A DNA stretch of 64,000 nucleotides from Eledone cirrhosa (Eukaryota). The notes under the pieces were generated by a model. That model was not told where the DNA came from. It saw only the letters and a list, made by a program, of their open reading frames with translations, and ran no database searches. Shown here piece by piece: positions 14,580 to 40,600 of the stretch. The position numbers were made by a program, and so were the translations under genes. Every line of letters begins with the position of its first letter. Position 1 is the first letter of the stretch. The DNA is taken from assembly GCA_964016885.1 (NCBI GenBank), contig OZ024744.1, positions 65,348,001 through 65,412,000 on the forward strand, read 5' to 3'.

Positions 14580-14642
14580 TTACACACACACACACACACA
14601 TATAATATATATATATATATATATACATACATATATATATAT

Positions 14643-14687
<45 letters not shown>

Positions 14688-14698
14688 TATATACATAT

Positions 14699-14731
<33 letters not shown>

Positions 14732-14905
14732 CATACATATATATATATATACATACATATATATATACATATATATATATATATACATACATATATATAT
14801 ATACACACATATATATATATATATATACATACATATATATATATATACATACATATGTATGTATATATATATATACATATATATATATATACATACATAT
14901 ATATG

Positions 14906-14937
<32 letters not shown>

Positions 14938-15238
14938 CATACATATATACACACACATATATATATATATATACATATACATACAAATACATATATATAC
15001 ATATATATATATATACATACAAATACATATATATACATATATATATATATACATATATATACATATACATACATATACATATATATACATATATATACAT
15101 ATACATACATATACATATATATACATATACATACATATATATATATATACATATATATACATATACATACATATATATATATATACATATATATACATAT
15201 ACATACATATATATATATATATATATACATATACATAC

Positions 15239-15273
<35 letters not shown>

Positions 15274-15286
15274 CATATATATATAC

Positions 15287-15323
<37 letters not shown>

Positions 15324-15944
15324 CATATATATATACATATATATATATATATACATATATATATACATATATATATATACATATATATACATATACATAC
15401 ATATACATATATATACATATACATATATATACACATATATATACATATATATACATATATATATACATATGTATATATATATATGTATATATATATATGT
15501 ATATATATATATGTATATATATGTATATATATATATATGTATATATATATATGTATATATATGTATATATATATATATGTATATATATATATACATCTAT
15601 ATATATATACATATATATAAATATACATATATATACATATACACATATATACATATACATATATATACATATATACATATATACATATATATACATATAT
15701 ACATATACACATATATATATATACACATATATATATATACATATATATACATATATATATATATACACATATATATATATACACATATATATATATACAC
15801 ATATATATATATACACATATATATATATACACATATATATATATATACATATATATATATACACATATATATATATACACATATATATATATACACATAT
15901 ATATATATATACATATATATATATACACATATATATATATACAC

Positions 15945-15977
<33 letters not shown>

Positions 15978-16008
15978 CACATATATATATATACATATAT
16001 ATATATGC

Positions 16009-16039
<31 letters not shown>

Positions 16040-16060
16040 CATATACATATATATATATGC

Positions 16061-16091
<31 letters not shown>

Positions 16092-16214
16092 CATATATAT
16101 ACATATATATACATATATATACATATATATACATATATATACATATATATATACATATATACATATATATATATATACATATATATATATACATATATAT
16201 ATATACACATATAC

Positions 16215-16245
<31 letters not shown>

Positions 16246-16670
16246 CATATATATATATACATATATATATATACATATATATATACATATATATATATAT
16301 ACATATATATACACACATATATATATATATACATATATATACACACATATATATATATATACATATATATATATACATATATATACACATATATATATAT
16401 ACATATATATATATATACATATATATACACATATATATATACATACATATATATATATACATATATATATACATATATATATACATACATATATATATAT
16501 ACATATATATATACATACATATATATATATATACATATATATATACATACATATATATATATATACATATATATATACATACATATATATATATATACAT
16601 ATATATATACATATATATATACATATACATATACATATACATATATATATACATATACATATATATATAC

Positions 16671-16702
<32 letters not shown>

Positions 16703-17011
16703 ATATATACATACTACACCTGATGTACCCCTTCCATACACATGCGTATCATGACTCGTGCACTGTTCATTTTCCTGATGTTTGTGCATTGCCCTATGTA
16801 CTGTACATGCACTTTTTTGATGAGTTGTGGTGCACCTGGGCACTGTACACAATATTTCATTATTGTTATCATTATTATATCATGACTCATACACTGTTCA
16901 TTTTCCTGACATTTGTACATTATTCTATGTACTATACATGCACCTTTGATGAGTTGTAGTGCACCTGAGCACTGTACACAATAATTTCATTATTATTATT
17001 ATTATACATAC

Positions 17012-17042
<31 letters not shown>

Positions 17043-17243
17043 CAAATATATATATATATACAAATATATATATATAAACAAATATATATATATATACAAA
17101 TATATATATATATATAAATATATATATATATACAAATATATATATATATACAAATATATATATATATACAAATATATATATATATATACAAATATATATA
17201 TATATACAAATATATATATATATATACAAATATATATATATAT

Positions 17244-17280
<37 letters not shown>

Positions 17281-17968
17281 CACATATATATATATATATA
17301 CATATACACATATATATATATATATACATATACACATATATATATATATACATATACACATATATATATATACATATACACATATATATATATACATATA
17401 CACATATATATATATATATATATACATACATATATATATATACATATACATACATATATATATATACATATACATACATATATATATATACATATACACA
17501 TATATATACATATACACATATATATATATATACATACATATATATATATATATACATACATATATATATATATACATACATATATATATACATATACACA
17601 TATATATATATATACATATACACATATATATATATACACATATATATATATATATACATACATATATATATACATATACACATATATATATACATATACA
17701 CATATATATATATATACATATACACATATATATATATACATACATATATATATATACATATACACATATATATATATATACATATACACATATATATATA
17801 TACATACATATATATATATACATATACACATATATATATATATACATATACACATATATATATATACATACATATATATATATATATACATATACACATA
17901 TATATATATACATACATATATATATATATATACACATATATATATATATATACATATACATACATACA

Positions 17969-18009
<41 letters not shown>

Positions 18010-18105
18010 ACATACATATATATATATACATACATACATATATATACATACATACATACATATATATACATACATACATACATACATATACATACATATA
18101 TATAC

Positions 18106-18190
<85 letters not shown>

Positions 18191-18243
18191 CGAATACATA
18201 TACATGTATACATATACACACACACACATATATACACATACAC
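14580..18243. repeat. Compound TA microsatellite with CA interruptions; island at 16713-17003
   Basis: Direct reading. Produces the YI-rich pseudo-ORFs. Confidence 0.97.
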
Positions 18244-18528
18244 TTTTAAGTTACCATCAACTGTCTTTAAAAATAAAAATAAATTTCTAATATATTAATT
18301 ATGTCTAAAACTAAAATAAAATAAAAATCAAGATACTCATGTGATAAAGTTAATTTGAAAAGTTGAGGTTGTTGAAAATGTGATAACTAAAAAAAAAAAA
18401 TCATAAATTCATGGATTTCACTAGGAGCCAATGTCATAGACAGATAATGTAGAAATAATTCTGACTTTGCATAAATCTCAGACGGAAACAGAGAATCTTA
18501 TAAAACGAGTTCATTTTATTGGAATAAT

Positions 18529-18745
18529 TTAACCTTTTAACATTTACATTACTCTATATTTACTATTGTATTTTCATGGTAAAGACTTTATCTTACATAA
18601 TTATCTCGAATCTGAGATTTTGATGTTATTTATTTTGAGAACAATACCTTAACGTCAGTGTGAGCGGCCACTTACAGCTGGCTTGAACAGGAAGAGGTGA
18701 GAGAATTCTGGCTGGATATGGCTGGTTTAAATGCTAAAGGGTTAG
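18529..18745 (+). mobile_element. MITE family 1 copy
   Basis: ttaaccttttaacatttacatt...aaatgctaaagggtta. Confidence 0.85.
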
Positions 18746-20084
18746 AACATATGGGTAAGCTAAAGCCAAAGATATTTATTAAAAAAAAAAAAAATCAAAA
18801 AAAATCATGCATATCATGGAAAAAGTTTTTAAAGTATATTTTTTTAAACCCATTTGATACCAAACCCACCAAAAGCTGTCCTATATTTTATGGTAAAACA
18901 CTAATTTAAAAAATGGTCAAACCTGCCATTTTAATTTTAGTTAAGAAATTTCTAAGTAATGTTTCAAACATCAGCTTATTAATTGATAGACTTAGGCAGT
19001 ATATTTCATTAGAAATATGGTAACAAAAGAGTTAACAGTGTTACACAGAAACAAAAGATTTAATGGTGTCACATATCACTGTATCTATAATAATAATTAA
19101 AAAAATAAATAGATAAAAAAATGTTCGCTAGGAGAGTAATAGCAACCAATCAGTGTCTGCATCAGTTTGAATAAACAATGGGCAGTAATGGTTTCTCTAA
19201 AGTTACTGGTTTGGAAACAGGGTTAACATTAAAGATGACAAGTTGGGTTTTATAAGATAGTTTTACTACAATGCAAACGCTTGCATGTGTGTATGTGTGT
19301 GTAAACACTTACACACACATATAGAAGAGGTCTAACAGTACTAACAATGCAAAAGTCCCAGCATTTTGTATTCTACGCTCTCCTTGCAGATGGCTCTGCA
19401 GAACACTATGGTTTAATTTTGTGGTAGTTTCAGGAAGCATGTGTTGAAGTAAAAACTAGATACACTATTAGCCAACTCCAGCCCTTCATTACAAGGAGAC
19501 CGATTGATGAAGTGATTCAATACAACAAATGCACAGACTTTAAAATCATAACTACGAAAGCACAAACTGAGCCAGTTTCTCATTTTAGTCTTCTGACAAA
19601 GGATTTTTAGACTCTAAATATTGGCACAGGTAAATAAAATAACAGGTGACAAACCAACATCTTTGTTGCCCTTCAAATAACTTACCACTTTATATACTAA
19701 CACAATACTTCAAGCAAACTATAACACACACATATAGATATGTGTATGTATATATATATATATATATATATACACATACATACATATATAGATACGTATA
19801 CAGACAATACACATATACATACACACACACACACATACATCATATACAGAGAGAGAGAGAGACAGAGATATAGATATACATATATATACATATAGTGGGA
19901 GGCATGTGGACTAGTGGTAAGGGCCCTTTATGTTCTTGAGCAAAACATTTCATTTTACGTTGCTCCATATACTCAGCTGAAATTGGGTACCAGCAATAGT
20001 TGGAGGTTTAACCCAGCGGTGGACTGGCGTCCTGTCCAAAGGATAAGCACTGGCCAAATGAGCCTTCTGGCTTAAGACAGACTT

Positions 20085-20730
20085 TAGACACATATAGATA
20101 TACACACACATACATACATATACACCTATACATACATATATACACCTATATACACCTATATATATATACATATACATATATACATATAAATACATACATA
20201 CACACATACATATATATATACACACATACATACATATACACATACACACATATATATATACACACACACACATACACATATATATATATATATACATATA
20301 TACACATACATATATATATACATATATACACATACATACATATATATACATGTATACATATACATACATATATATACATGTATACATATACATATATATA
20401 TACATACATATACAAATACATACATATATATACATATACATATATTTGTATACCATATATATATACAACATGATACATATATATACATACATATATACAT
20501 ATATATACATACATATATACATATATATACATACATATATACATATATATACATACATATATATACCATATATACATACATATATATACATATATACATA
20601 CATATATATACATATATACATACATATATATACATATATACATACATATATACATATACTTACATATATATACATATATTTATACATATATATACATATA
20701 TATATATTATACAAATACATATATATACCT
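20085..20730. repeat. (TACA/TA)n microsatellite
   Basis: Direct reading. Confidence 0.95.
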
Positions 20731-20739
20731 ATTTAATTG

Positions 20740-22140
20740 CCCTTCAGGCTATAACAGAGGAGTTCAAGACCAGCTGCTCATGGGAACTCCTATATGCAGA
20801 TGATCTAACTCTCATAGCTGAATCTATGGCTGAACTAGGAAGCATGGCCTAGAATCAAAAGGCCTTAAGTTAACTTGTCTAAGACTAAAGTTCTAGTTTG
20901 TAGAAAGGAAAATAGGGCACAGGTGTCCTCAGGGAAATGGCCATGCTCAGTGTGTAGGAAAGGAGTAGGCAGAAATTCCATTTTATGTCCCAAATGCAAA
21001 GTATGGGTGCATAAAAGATGTAGTGGGATCACAGGTAAACTATCTAAGAACATAGACTTTATATGTGGCCGAAGCTCAGGTGCAATAGGAGGCAAATGTC
21101 CACAGGATACTAGCCCCTTAGTATTGCCAGATGGTTCTATAGAAATTAGTGGACACTTTCCATTACTGGGTGACGAAATCAGCAGTTGGTGGAGGGTGTT
21201 CTGAAAGTACAGTAGCCAGAGTCAAACAGGATGGGAAAAGTTCAGAGAGCTAATCCGCTGTTGGCCACAAACATTTTTCTCTCTAAAAATGAAAGGCAGA
21301 TTGTATGATGCCTGTATATGAACAGCAATGCTACATGGCAGTGGGACATGGGCATTACGTGCAGAGGACCTGCGCAGACTGGAAAGGAATGAAGCATGCA
21401 TGCTCCGTTGGATGTGTAATAATATATACATCTACATACATATACACACATATACGTGAACGGCAAAGCATAAATGAACTAAGTGAGAAATTAGGAATAA
21501 GAGGGATCAGATGCTGTTTACTTGAGAGAAGACTACGTTGGTATGGCCACGTGATATGCGCATGAAAGACGACAGCTGTATAAAAAAGTGCAGGGCGATC
21601 AAATTGATGGTAGTTACGGAGTAGGTAGACCCAGAAAAACCTGGGACGATCTGATAAATTCGGACCTTACACACTTGCACCTCTCTAAGACAATGTCACT
21701 GGACCGAGATCTTTGGCGCTACGCAGTAATACAGAAGACCCGCCTTGCCTATGTACAAAGCGAAACCTACATTCACTAGGCACCTCTTAACCAAATATAC
21801 ACTCCAATCCACTACCCCTACCCTATCCTCCCACCGCTCTCTGTAAAGTTGGTACCACAACATCCAGTCCAAATAAATGAGATGAGATCGAGATCGTGTA
21901 GCTGTCACGAGAAAAAACAGAGTCCACGCTGTAAAAACAGAGTCCACACGGTAAAAAGTTCCCAGTTCCACACTGTAAATGTGGTCGGTGTTAGGAAGGG
22001 CATCCAGCCGTAGAAAACCTGCCAGATAGTCCTATATGAGCGAGACACGGTCACCCGACCAACCTTGCCTCAAGTGGGACAAGTCCCGTCTAACCCATGC
22101 TAGCGTGGAAGAGAGACATTAAACGCTGATGATGATGATG
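20740..22140 (+). mobile_element. 5'-truncated, frameshifted RTE-type LINE with C-rich 3' UTR and (ATG)n tail
   Basis: RT motif ELLYADDL at ~20783, Cys/His knuckle WPCSVCRKGVGRNSILCPKCKVWVHKRCSG, ERRLRWYGHV and GRPRKTWD. Confidence 0.9.
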
Positions 22141-32573
<10,433 letters not shown>

Positions 32574-32932
32574 TGAAGAAAATGACTTAAATATTAACTA
32601 AAAACTGCACAGAACCATGTTGGTGTTAACTGTTGATGGAGTTGACTAAAAGGGACATGACCAACGTCATTGTTAAGAAAACCTATCAGATGAGGTAATT
32701 TTTTTTTTAAAATAAGCCAAACTCAGCTGGAATAAAATACTTAAAACAGAAGATAACATTAAGAAATCAAACATTGACAAAACTCTTCATGTAGAGTGGG
32801 GTGGGTGTTATTTAAATTTCAGTAAGAGATGGGTTTTTTTTCGTTTGTTTTGTTTTTGTTTGGTTTTTTTTCCAAGAATTCCTAGACAAAAGCAAGATAG
32901 CCACGGTTGTGAGTTCAGAATGTAGTGATTTG

Positions 32933-33094
32933 TTATAAAACCTGCTTGGTCAGCCAATCAGTTTCTTGCTCTGAATTATCAGTGGCCTGGTCCCTGTCCT
33001 CAACCAAACTGTGTCGGCTGGATCCAGGCGGACTGCTGATGCCGCTGCTATTGTTGGATCCAATGGATGATCTCCAGCATGGAATCCCAGAATC
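32933..33094 (-). CDS. CDC42BPA: MRCK terminal coding exon: DSGIPCWRSSIGSNNSSGISSPPGSSRHSLVEDRDQATDNSEQETDWLTKQVL*
   Basis: Acceptor tttctattttgcag, phase 0, ends in TAA. Resembles the MRCK tail DSDSPRHSTASNSSNLSSPPSP. Confidence 0.88.
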   Translation of the reverse strand, partial: DSGIPCWRSSIGSNNSSGISSPPGSSRHSLVEDRDQATDNSEQETDWLTKQVL

Positions 33095-34946
33095 CTGCAA
33101 AATAGAAACAGAATGGTATGTTACCATCATACCAAAACTTAAAACCATAGTTTTTAAGAGGTTATTTATTATTATTATTGAGAGAGAGAAAGATGAGAGA
33201 GTCATATTTACACAGTAGGATTGTGATTAACTCTTAACGCCCTGTACTACATGAAACCGCATTAGCAAAACATTCTTGAAAAGTACAAAATAGCAATATA
33301 TCAGTATCATATTGAAATTAAAATCTTTAGTTTACTGCAAATTTTTACAATCTGTTCACTAATAAAGATACTATAAACATTTTATACTAAATGGTTCTTT
33401 CCACTAGATCATTAATAGGTCATAGGTTATGCCATGTAAACATAATTACAAGACATTTTAGCAATTAAAATATGCGTAGGTCTACAAATTTCGGCTAATA
33501 GATGCATGCACACATGCTTATATATAAAAACACTCAAATATTCCTAATATATAAGCACATATACACATATGTATGTATACACATACATTTGAAAAGTACA
33601 AATTCTAAAAGCTAAACATTGGATAAATGCGTGTCTGTACACACACATACCTAAATAGAAAGAAAAATCTAGAAGCTAAAATGTTTATTTGAAAATTTTA
33701 TATTTCAGAGAGAAAAGTAAAATTTCCTAATTTGTAAATTTTAAGGTTTTGAGTGAAAACCACTGCTGACTTTCTCCTCCATTCCTATAACTAAAAATAA
33801 AGATTTGTTTTCTACTTGCAGCCATCAATAAGCACCAACAACAAATGGCTATTCCTTTAGCAGTAACACAATGTCTAAGCAACAATAACCAGATTCAATG
33901 TAGGTTATCAGTGACAATTTTACCACTAGTCAGTCAGTCAAATAGATGCCAGGTTATGATAATTGCCAAAACTGTTATAGTTTTTCATAAAAGTTCACTG
34001 GACTAAACTTGTGTCACTGGTTCATTGACTTTGCAAATTTCAGGCAGGTAATTCAAGTTTAAACCTTGGATTGAAATCTTATTACATGCCAGATAATATT
34101 AGATTTCAGTAGTTAAATATTTGTCTTTTGTTTGGCAGTTGAAAATTAGTTATTTTGCTAAACCACTCATAATTCTTTTTATTATTTTGATAATTAAAAT
34201 ATGGAAGCAGTATATTCTTGTTAGAAATATGGTCATGTAAGGGTTAACTGTTAATCTTTCCACTGACATTTCTAATAACATTCAACTATCCAGCTTACCA
34301 TTTTTCTGAATTGCAGACTTAAAGGCAATGTATTCAAATGGCAAAGGCTACAAGCTAAACCCCAACTACAGAGACCAATTCTTCAATAAGAAATATAATA
34401 CAAAGACTTCTGATACATGTAAGATAAATTTTAACTGACAGAATTAGTAAACTGTTGGATAAAATGCTGTAGCAATTTTTTTGTTCTGGTTCTCTACATT
34501 CTGAGTTCAAATCTCACCAAAGTCAACTGTGTCATCCTTCGGGGTCAATAAAATAAAGTATCAGTCAAGTACTTGGGTCACCTAACCCCCAAATTAGCTG
34601 TCCATATGCCTAAATTAGAAATCAATAATCAGTTCTATTTTGTTCAGTCACTTTAAGTAGGTAAACGCACTAAACTAATACTGATACTCTTTTGTGTGTC
34701 ATGATTGTTATATTTCAAGTATTATGGAGTAATGCTGAGTCTGCAATATAGATTGAATTACTAGTGGAACAATTTCACTTGTAATTTCCAGGTATATTTG
34801 GAGGAATGGTCTGCTAGAATAACATGTCCGCAATACATGAAATGACAACATTTGCATGCTGATCCTATACCTTATTGGGAGTTATACAACATTTTATATT
34901 AAATTTAGAGAATTATTCAAATTCTTATTCTAATTGAGTTCATCAT

Positions 34947-35187
34947 TTAACCCTTTAGTATTTACATTACTCTATATATACTTTTATATTTTCACAGTAA
35001 CCACTTTATTTCACATAATATCGAATCTATGAGATTTTGATTATTTATTTTAAGAACAATAACTTTTTTAAGAATAACTATTTTAATAACTATTTTAAGA
35101 ACAATAACAATATGAGCAGCTGGTTTGAACAGAAAGAGGTGAGAGAATTCTGGCCGGATACAGCCGGTTTAAATGCTAAAGGGTTAA
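34947..35187 (+). mobile_element. MITE family 1 copy with an internal short tandem duplication
   Basis: ttaaccctttagtattta...taaatgctaaagggttaa. Confidence 0.85.
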
Positions 35188-38100
35188 AGTCCATTTCTAT
35201 GCAGGCATGGGTTGGATGATTGTGACAGCCCAAGACAAATGGTATTCAGTTAATGGTCTCCTAACTGGGTGAGAGGACCATGTTTAAAGGTGCATGCCAT
35301 TCCTAACACAAACCACGTTACAGAGTTTATCATCAGCTCTAGAAACAATGTCATATCCTCAACAAAACTAAAGAGTCGTCTTAACCTTATACTATCCCTG
35401 ATTACCAACTGTCTTATAAAATGGACTAGATATATTTATAGTTTAGAAGAAAAAAAAAAAATGATGTATAACAAATTACCATTTTTTTTTCAGCTCTTAG
35501 TTGTGTTTTGTTAAAAATATTAAATGTTTAAATTCTATCTAATTACTAAAATTTTTGAATTGTAATTATTAATTATATACAAAATTTAGTATCAAAATTA
35601 CAACTAATGAAAGAAATATTAGAAATAGAAATAAAATGGTAGAATTTCTATCATATAGGCATACAATTTTGAACAAAATCATCATGCAAGTAAAAAAAGT
35701 TATAAATTTAAAAAATAAAAATCCGATCCATTAGAAGGTGAATATAATGAAAAACCTTGAATATGAACATGCAAAAATAAGAACCAAGTTTGATTTTAAC
35801 TTGATAGCTTATAAATCCTTGGCCATTAAGGTTAGAAGTGAGTAAGACATTAATGAAAGAGTAGAACTGTTCTCCAAACACATTTTATAGTCTTGTTAGA
35901 AAAGATATGAAATAGATTAATATAAATGATCCAAAGAAAACTGGACAATAACAGTTGAAAATACACTACTGAACTTTAAATGAACTAAGGGAATTTATGA
36001 AACAAAATATTAAACAAACTTAAAGTAACCAATAATATTTCAATTGATTTAAAGTTAGACCAATGTCTTAATGAAATTTGTTAGAAAGTGCAGAAGCCCA
36101 TCATATATGAGCATATGTATGCATATATGTGTGCACACATATTTATGTCTGTGTTTATGGCCCATATCTGAATGGTGTGACAAGAAAAAAAAAAAGGATC
36201 GATAAAATATATACTGAAATAGATATGATCTACTAAATCTCCGATGCTCTAACAATTCTGTCAAACTCCACCCACCCAGGATGGATAGTTTACCAAACCC
36301 AAAAGGATGAAAAGCAAAGTTGTCCATGACACTATTTTCAGTCTATTAATAAGAAATAACTGCAGTACATCACTAAAATTTATTTCATTGCATCAAGATT
36401 ATTAACCCTTTTTTGACACCAATCAGCTCCAAACTGCTTTTGGTTCCATGAAACAAAGTCACCCATTTTAAAGGGTTCCTATTTAAATTAAAATCTTCCA
36501 ACATAATTTTATATAAAAACTATATAATATAAAATTTTTATTTTAGTAAGTAGGATCGATCGACTTTCGTCAAATCGGACCGAGGAAACAATGTTTCCAT
36601 CGGTCTTTCCAGTTGCTAGTACTATCTATCGGTTGCAACTCCAGGTAGAAGGAGCAACGTGAAATAAAGTGTCTTGCTAGTTCAGGAATCAAACTCACAA
36701 CCTCACGGTTGTGAATCCAATTCTCTAACCACTCAGCCACACACCTTCCCACCAAATTTTTCATTAATTAATTGAAATATGGTAACAATAGTGTTAATGG
36801 TTTTTGAAAGTCTCCTTACTAACAATAAGTAAAGAGCCAATTAGAAATTTGTAATATTACTATTAATTAGTGTGTGTACATATAGGTTTCTATACTTACA
36901 ACCAGAATAGTCTGGATATTCCTGAGTATAAAGCAAACGTTCATAAGATGACATGATAATCTATAGTATGGATTACGTTTATGAACTGTGAAACTAGACT
37001 ATGTGAAACTGAGTTATAACTATTATACAATTAGTTAAATAATGCTTGGGAAGTTTCTGTCATTACATCGCCTTTTCTAATATATTAGCTATTTTGACTA
37101 ATATATTATGAATTGTCTTAAATAATCAGTATACATATTGATACAGATGGAGATAGGGTAAAGAAAGAGAGAGAGAAGAACGTTGATGCCAGAGGGATAG
37201 TAACAGCATGTGGCAGAAGAAAGAGAATGCCATTTACATGTGTTGATGGCAGTGGGATATGAAGCAAAAAGAAAGAATGTCATTCACTTACAGTATATTA
37301 CTGATAAATGCACGCGCATACATCCAATGCAGCTAGTGGCAGTGGTGGTTGTGGTAAGGTTGGGGGAAAGCGAAAACTAGATAATTTTTAAAAACATAAA
37401 TATCATCATCATTTTACATCCGCTTTTCCCTGCTTGCAAAGGTGGGACAAATAATTCATTCTAAATCGCCAATTATTTAATGCATGCGCTTTAGTGCAAT
37501 TAACTGTTGTCTGCTAAACTGAACAGAACTAAGTTTCCAGCAATTAATAAAGCACAGGATGTAACATTCAATTAGGTAAAAATTTACAGTGTTTAGTTAA
37601 GGATAGTCCTCTAGAAATTCTCTAGAGGCTACAAAATTTACTGATATTTTCGTAAGGGTAGTTAATACCGATAGGCAAGGGAAACAATGAGGAAAAGATA
37701 TCACTAAACCCATTGAATTTAAAGATCTATTAAATTAATGGTATAAATTAGAATAATGATAATTAATGGTATAAAAATTCAAATGATTTAATGAAGAAAT
37801 CAATATATATCAGAGTAATTAAACTTGCAAATGTCTAAAGAATTTCCATGGGACCAGCTAGTTATTATTGTAATTAAAAAAAAAAATTGTGATCTGCAAA
37901 GGAAAAAAAACAAACACTGCAACAGGAACCAGTGAAGAGTTATGGAAAGATAAACCTTCAAATAAAAACAAGAAAGTAGAAAGCAATTTAAAAAAGAAAG
38001 ATTAAAAAACTGAAATTTTTGAAAATATTTCAGAATTAATATTGGAATAAGAAAGGAAAAAGAGAGTTAACTGAAAAGCTCCTTAAACAGGAGGAAGTGC

Positions 38101-38204
38101 AGGGTGAAGCTGAGGAAAGAAAGACTGGAAAGTCATAATCCATGCAAATGGAAACAGGAAGGGGGTATAAAAAAAAAAAAGATACATATGTGTAGTCTGA
38201 CCCT

Positions 38205-38300
38205 TCACTTGTGCCAGGAGGTTTCATATGTGGAAAGGGATCCAACACTTCTATATGGAGCTCCACTTCCCCTAATATGTGACCCTTGGAATTCTTTTAT
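38205..38300 (-). CDS. Candidate alternative terminal coding exon of MRCK: IKEFQGSHIRGSGAPYRSVGSLSTYETSWHK*
   Basis: Strong acceptor (T-tract, ctaac branch motif, ttcttcag). Open in phase 0, matching the upstream donor. GC-richer non-repetitive island. No transcript evidence. Confidence 0.5.
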   Translation of the reverse strand: MKEFQGSHIRGSGAPYRSVGSLSTYETSWHK

Positions 38301-40451
38301 CTGAAGAATGTTAGAAAAAGCCATTTCAAAAGAAAAAAATAAAGACTATGACTAAAGACTAATGTGAAAGAGTTCTTCAAGTGTTAGTTTAGAAATGCCA
38401 AGAATATACAAATCCTTTGTACAGCTGAACTGGACTACAATTCCTTGCAAACAAAACAAAACCTATAAGTATTAAAATAGAAAACTAAAAGGGAGAAAAA
38501 AACAAAGAAAAAGAACCAGTTTAATTTAACTGTATATTTTGGATTTAAAATAAATGCACCAAATCTGTGCCATAAGAAATATCTAAATGGATTGGCATCC
38601 AGCAGTAAAGCACTGCCTTAAAAAAGTCCAACCCATATCAACTTGGAAAAGCAGACATAAGAATGACGAGCAACTATTTCAGTAGCGAATAGAAAAACGT
38701 AAAAAAAAAAATAAAACAGATTAAGCTCAGTTGAATGCATTGAATACAACTGTTTTTATATTATAAAACTATCCATTAGTTTATTAAATTTAAAAAAAAA
38801 AAATGTTAATACCGCTTTTTTTAAACAGCTTTTTAGCAACCAAAAATAATTTTTCATTTCCGTAGAAGAAAAAAAAAAATTATTTTCCAGGAGTTTATAT
38901 ACCAAGAAAAAACAGGTGGTTCTACTTGATTTAAAACTAAAATCACTATAAATTCGAATTTCTAAATGATTATATTACCAAAAATGTAACAACTTGAAGC
39001 ACTAAATCCATTTGAAAGATTTTTTTTCCCCCAAAATAGATTACTATTATTTTTGAAAACCACAGCTCTAGATATGTTTATTATGAACCAACAAGAACGA
39101 AAAAAAAAAATTTTTAATGCAATTTCATTGTCTAACTTAAAACACTAGCTAATCTGATACACATAAACCAATTGGGAATTAAAAACATTTCAAACTTAAA
39201 ACAAAATTGAAAATTACACACACATGTACACCAGGTCTGAACACAGAAGAACCAAACTCCCACTGTCATTGCCTCCGTCCTTCCATTCGAGCGGAACACA
39301 AAAGATGTGATGAACACTTACTTTGTTCTTCTCTTAATCTTTTTTTTTTTTAAGATAATGTGTATAATTTTTTTTTCTCATTTGTCTGATGTATAAAAAA
39401 TATCATGAGATGAATTCCAATATAAACAAACTACTGAGTGATTGAATACATAGAAAACATCCAGAAGAAACAAGTCATTTTGGATAACATAGAATTAATA
39501 TAACTCAATGTTTCATGTATTTTTTCCTTCACATTTTGTTTTAAGTACTCCTTGTACATTCAAAGATGTCTACTAGGAAAACAAGTAATATTTATATATA
39601 GTGAAATCCCATTATAACGAAATTCACGGGCTATTAAAAAAAAAAATTCATTGTTAACGAAAAATTCTTTATAATGAGATCAACTGAAACAAATCGAGTG
39701 TTTATTATTACCTCGAGGATAGAAAAAAAAAAATTCATTATAATGGTATTTGTTATAATGGAATTTTACCTGTATTATATATTTTTTTTAAATCAACAAC
39801 AAAAAGAAGCAAGAATCACTTTTAAAAAATTAAACCAAAAATGTGATATACCACCAGCTTTTAAGAGATTTCATACAGAAGTATATTGACATATCAGTCT
39901 TTAAAGATCATTTATTTACCAAACATGATGCCAAGAGGTGAAATAGCTCATAACTACATAGAAAGTGCTTCTTGGTTTATATTGGGTAAGCTAACTTGCT
40001 AATTCTATTTAAATTGACAAACACACATTTTTAGAGCTAATCTTTGACTATATGTAAACATCTAATTATTATTATTATTTATTTATTTATTTTTGTCAAG
40101 AAACTCATTTAAGACAAGAGTATAATTATGTGTGTCATTGAGAGATATATCCACATGAAGTTCCTTTGTCCAGACAGGTATTAACTGCAAAATTAGCAAT
40201 GTAGAAATAACTTTTTTTTAATGCTATACAAAATAAATTTTTAAAAACTATTAAGAATTAACTTTTAAAACAATAGACCATTAATTACTTTGAAGAATAT
40301 ATCACAAAATCATTCATAAATGGTTTTAAATGAAGAAAAAAGAAGAAAGCATTTTAAAATATTCTCATGATATTTATAATATAAAAAAAATAGGTAGCAA
40401 TATTAACAAAATGTCAGTCTGGAAATATGTCATAGGAACAAACCAACTTAC

Positions 40452-40600
40452 CTCAAATGATTTATATGCACTAATAGAATCTGAAGGATTTGTCTGCTCT
40501 TGGGAAGAATTGGAATTGCTTTCTACAAGTGATACTGATGTAATGGAAGACAAAGGTCTGGATGTGCTTTGCTGCCAACCTCGATTTCTCACACCAGTTC
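40452..40600 (-). CDS. CDC42BPA: MRCK C-terminal tail exon: TGVRNRGWQQSTSRPLSSITSVSLVESNSNSSQEQTNPSDSISAYKSFE
   Basis: Acceptor ctattgtag, donor gtaagt, 149 nt, phase 1->0. Ser-rich like MRCK tails. Confidence 0.85.

Noticed and set aside
32933-32947. C-terminal ..KQVL as a PDZ-binding motif
   Set aside because: Position -2 is Gln, which fits neither the class I (S/T) nor the class II (hydrophobic) consensus.
36690-36750. tRNA-like sequence on the minus strand (and similar heads at ~11260, ~19900, 58925)
   Set aside because: These are degenerate SINE heads with A/B boxes that run into SINE body sequence. No complete cloverleaf.
37292-37332. gtaagt donor-like site with upstream AGs in the last intron
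   Set aside because: Candidate exons are either out of frame (41 nt) or start with a stop. No protein similarity.
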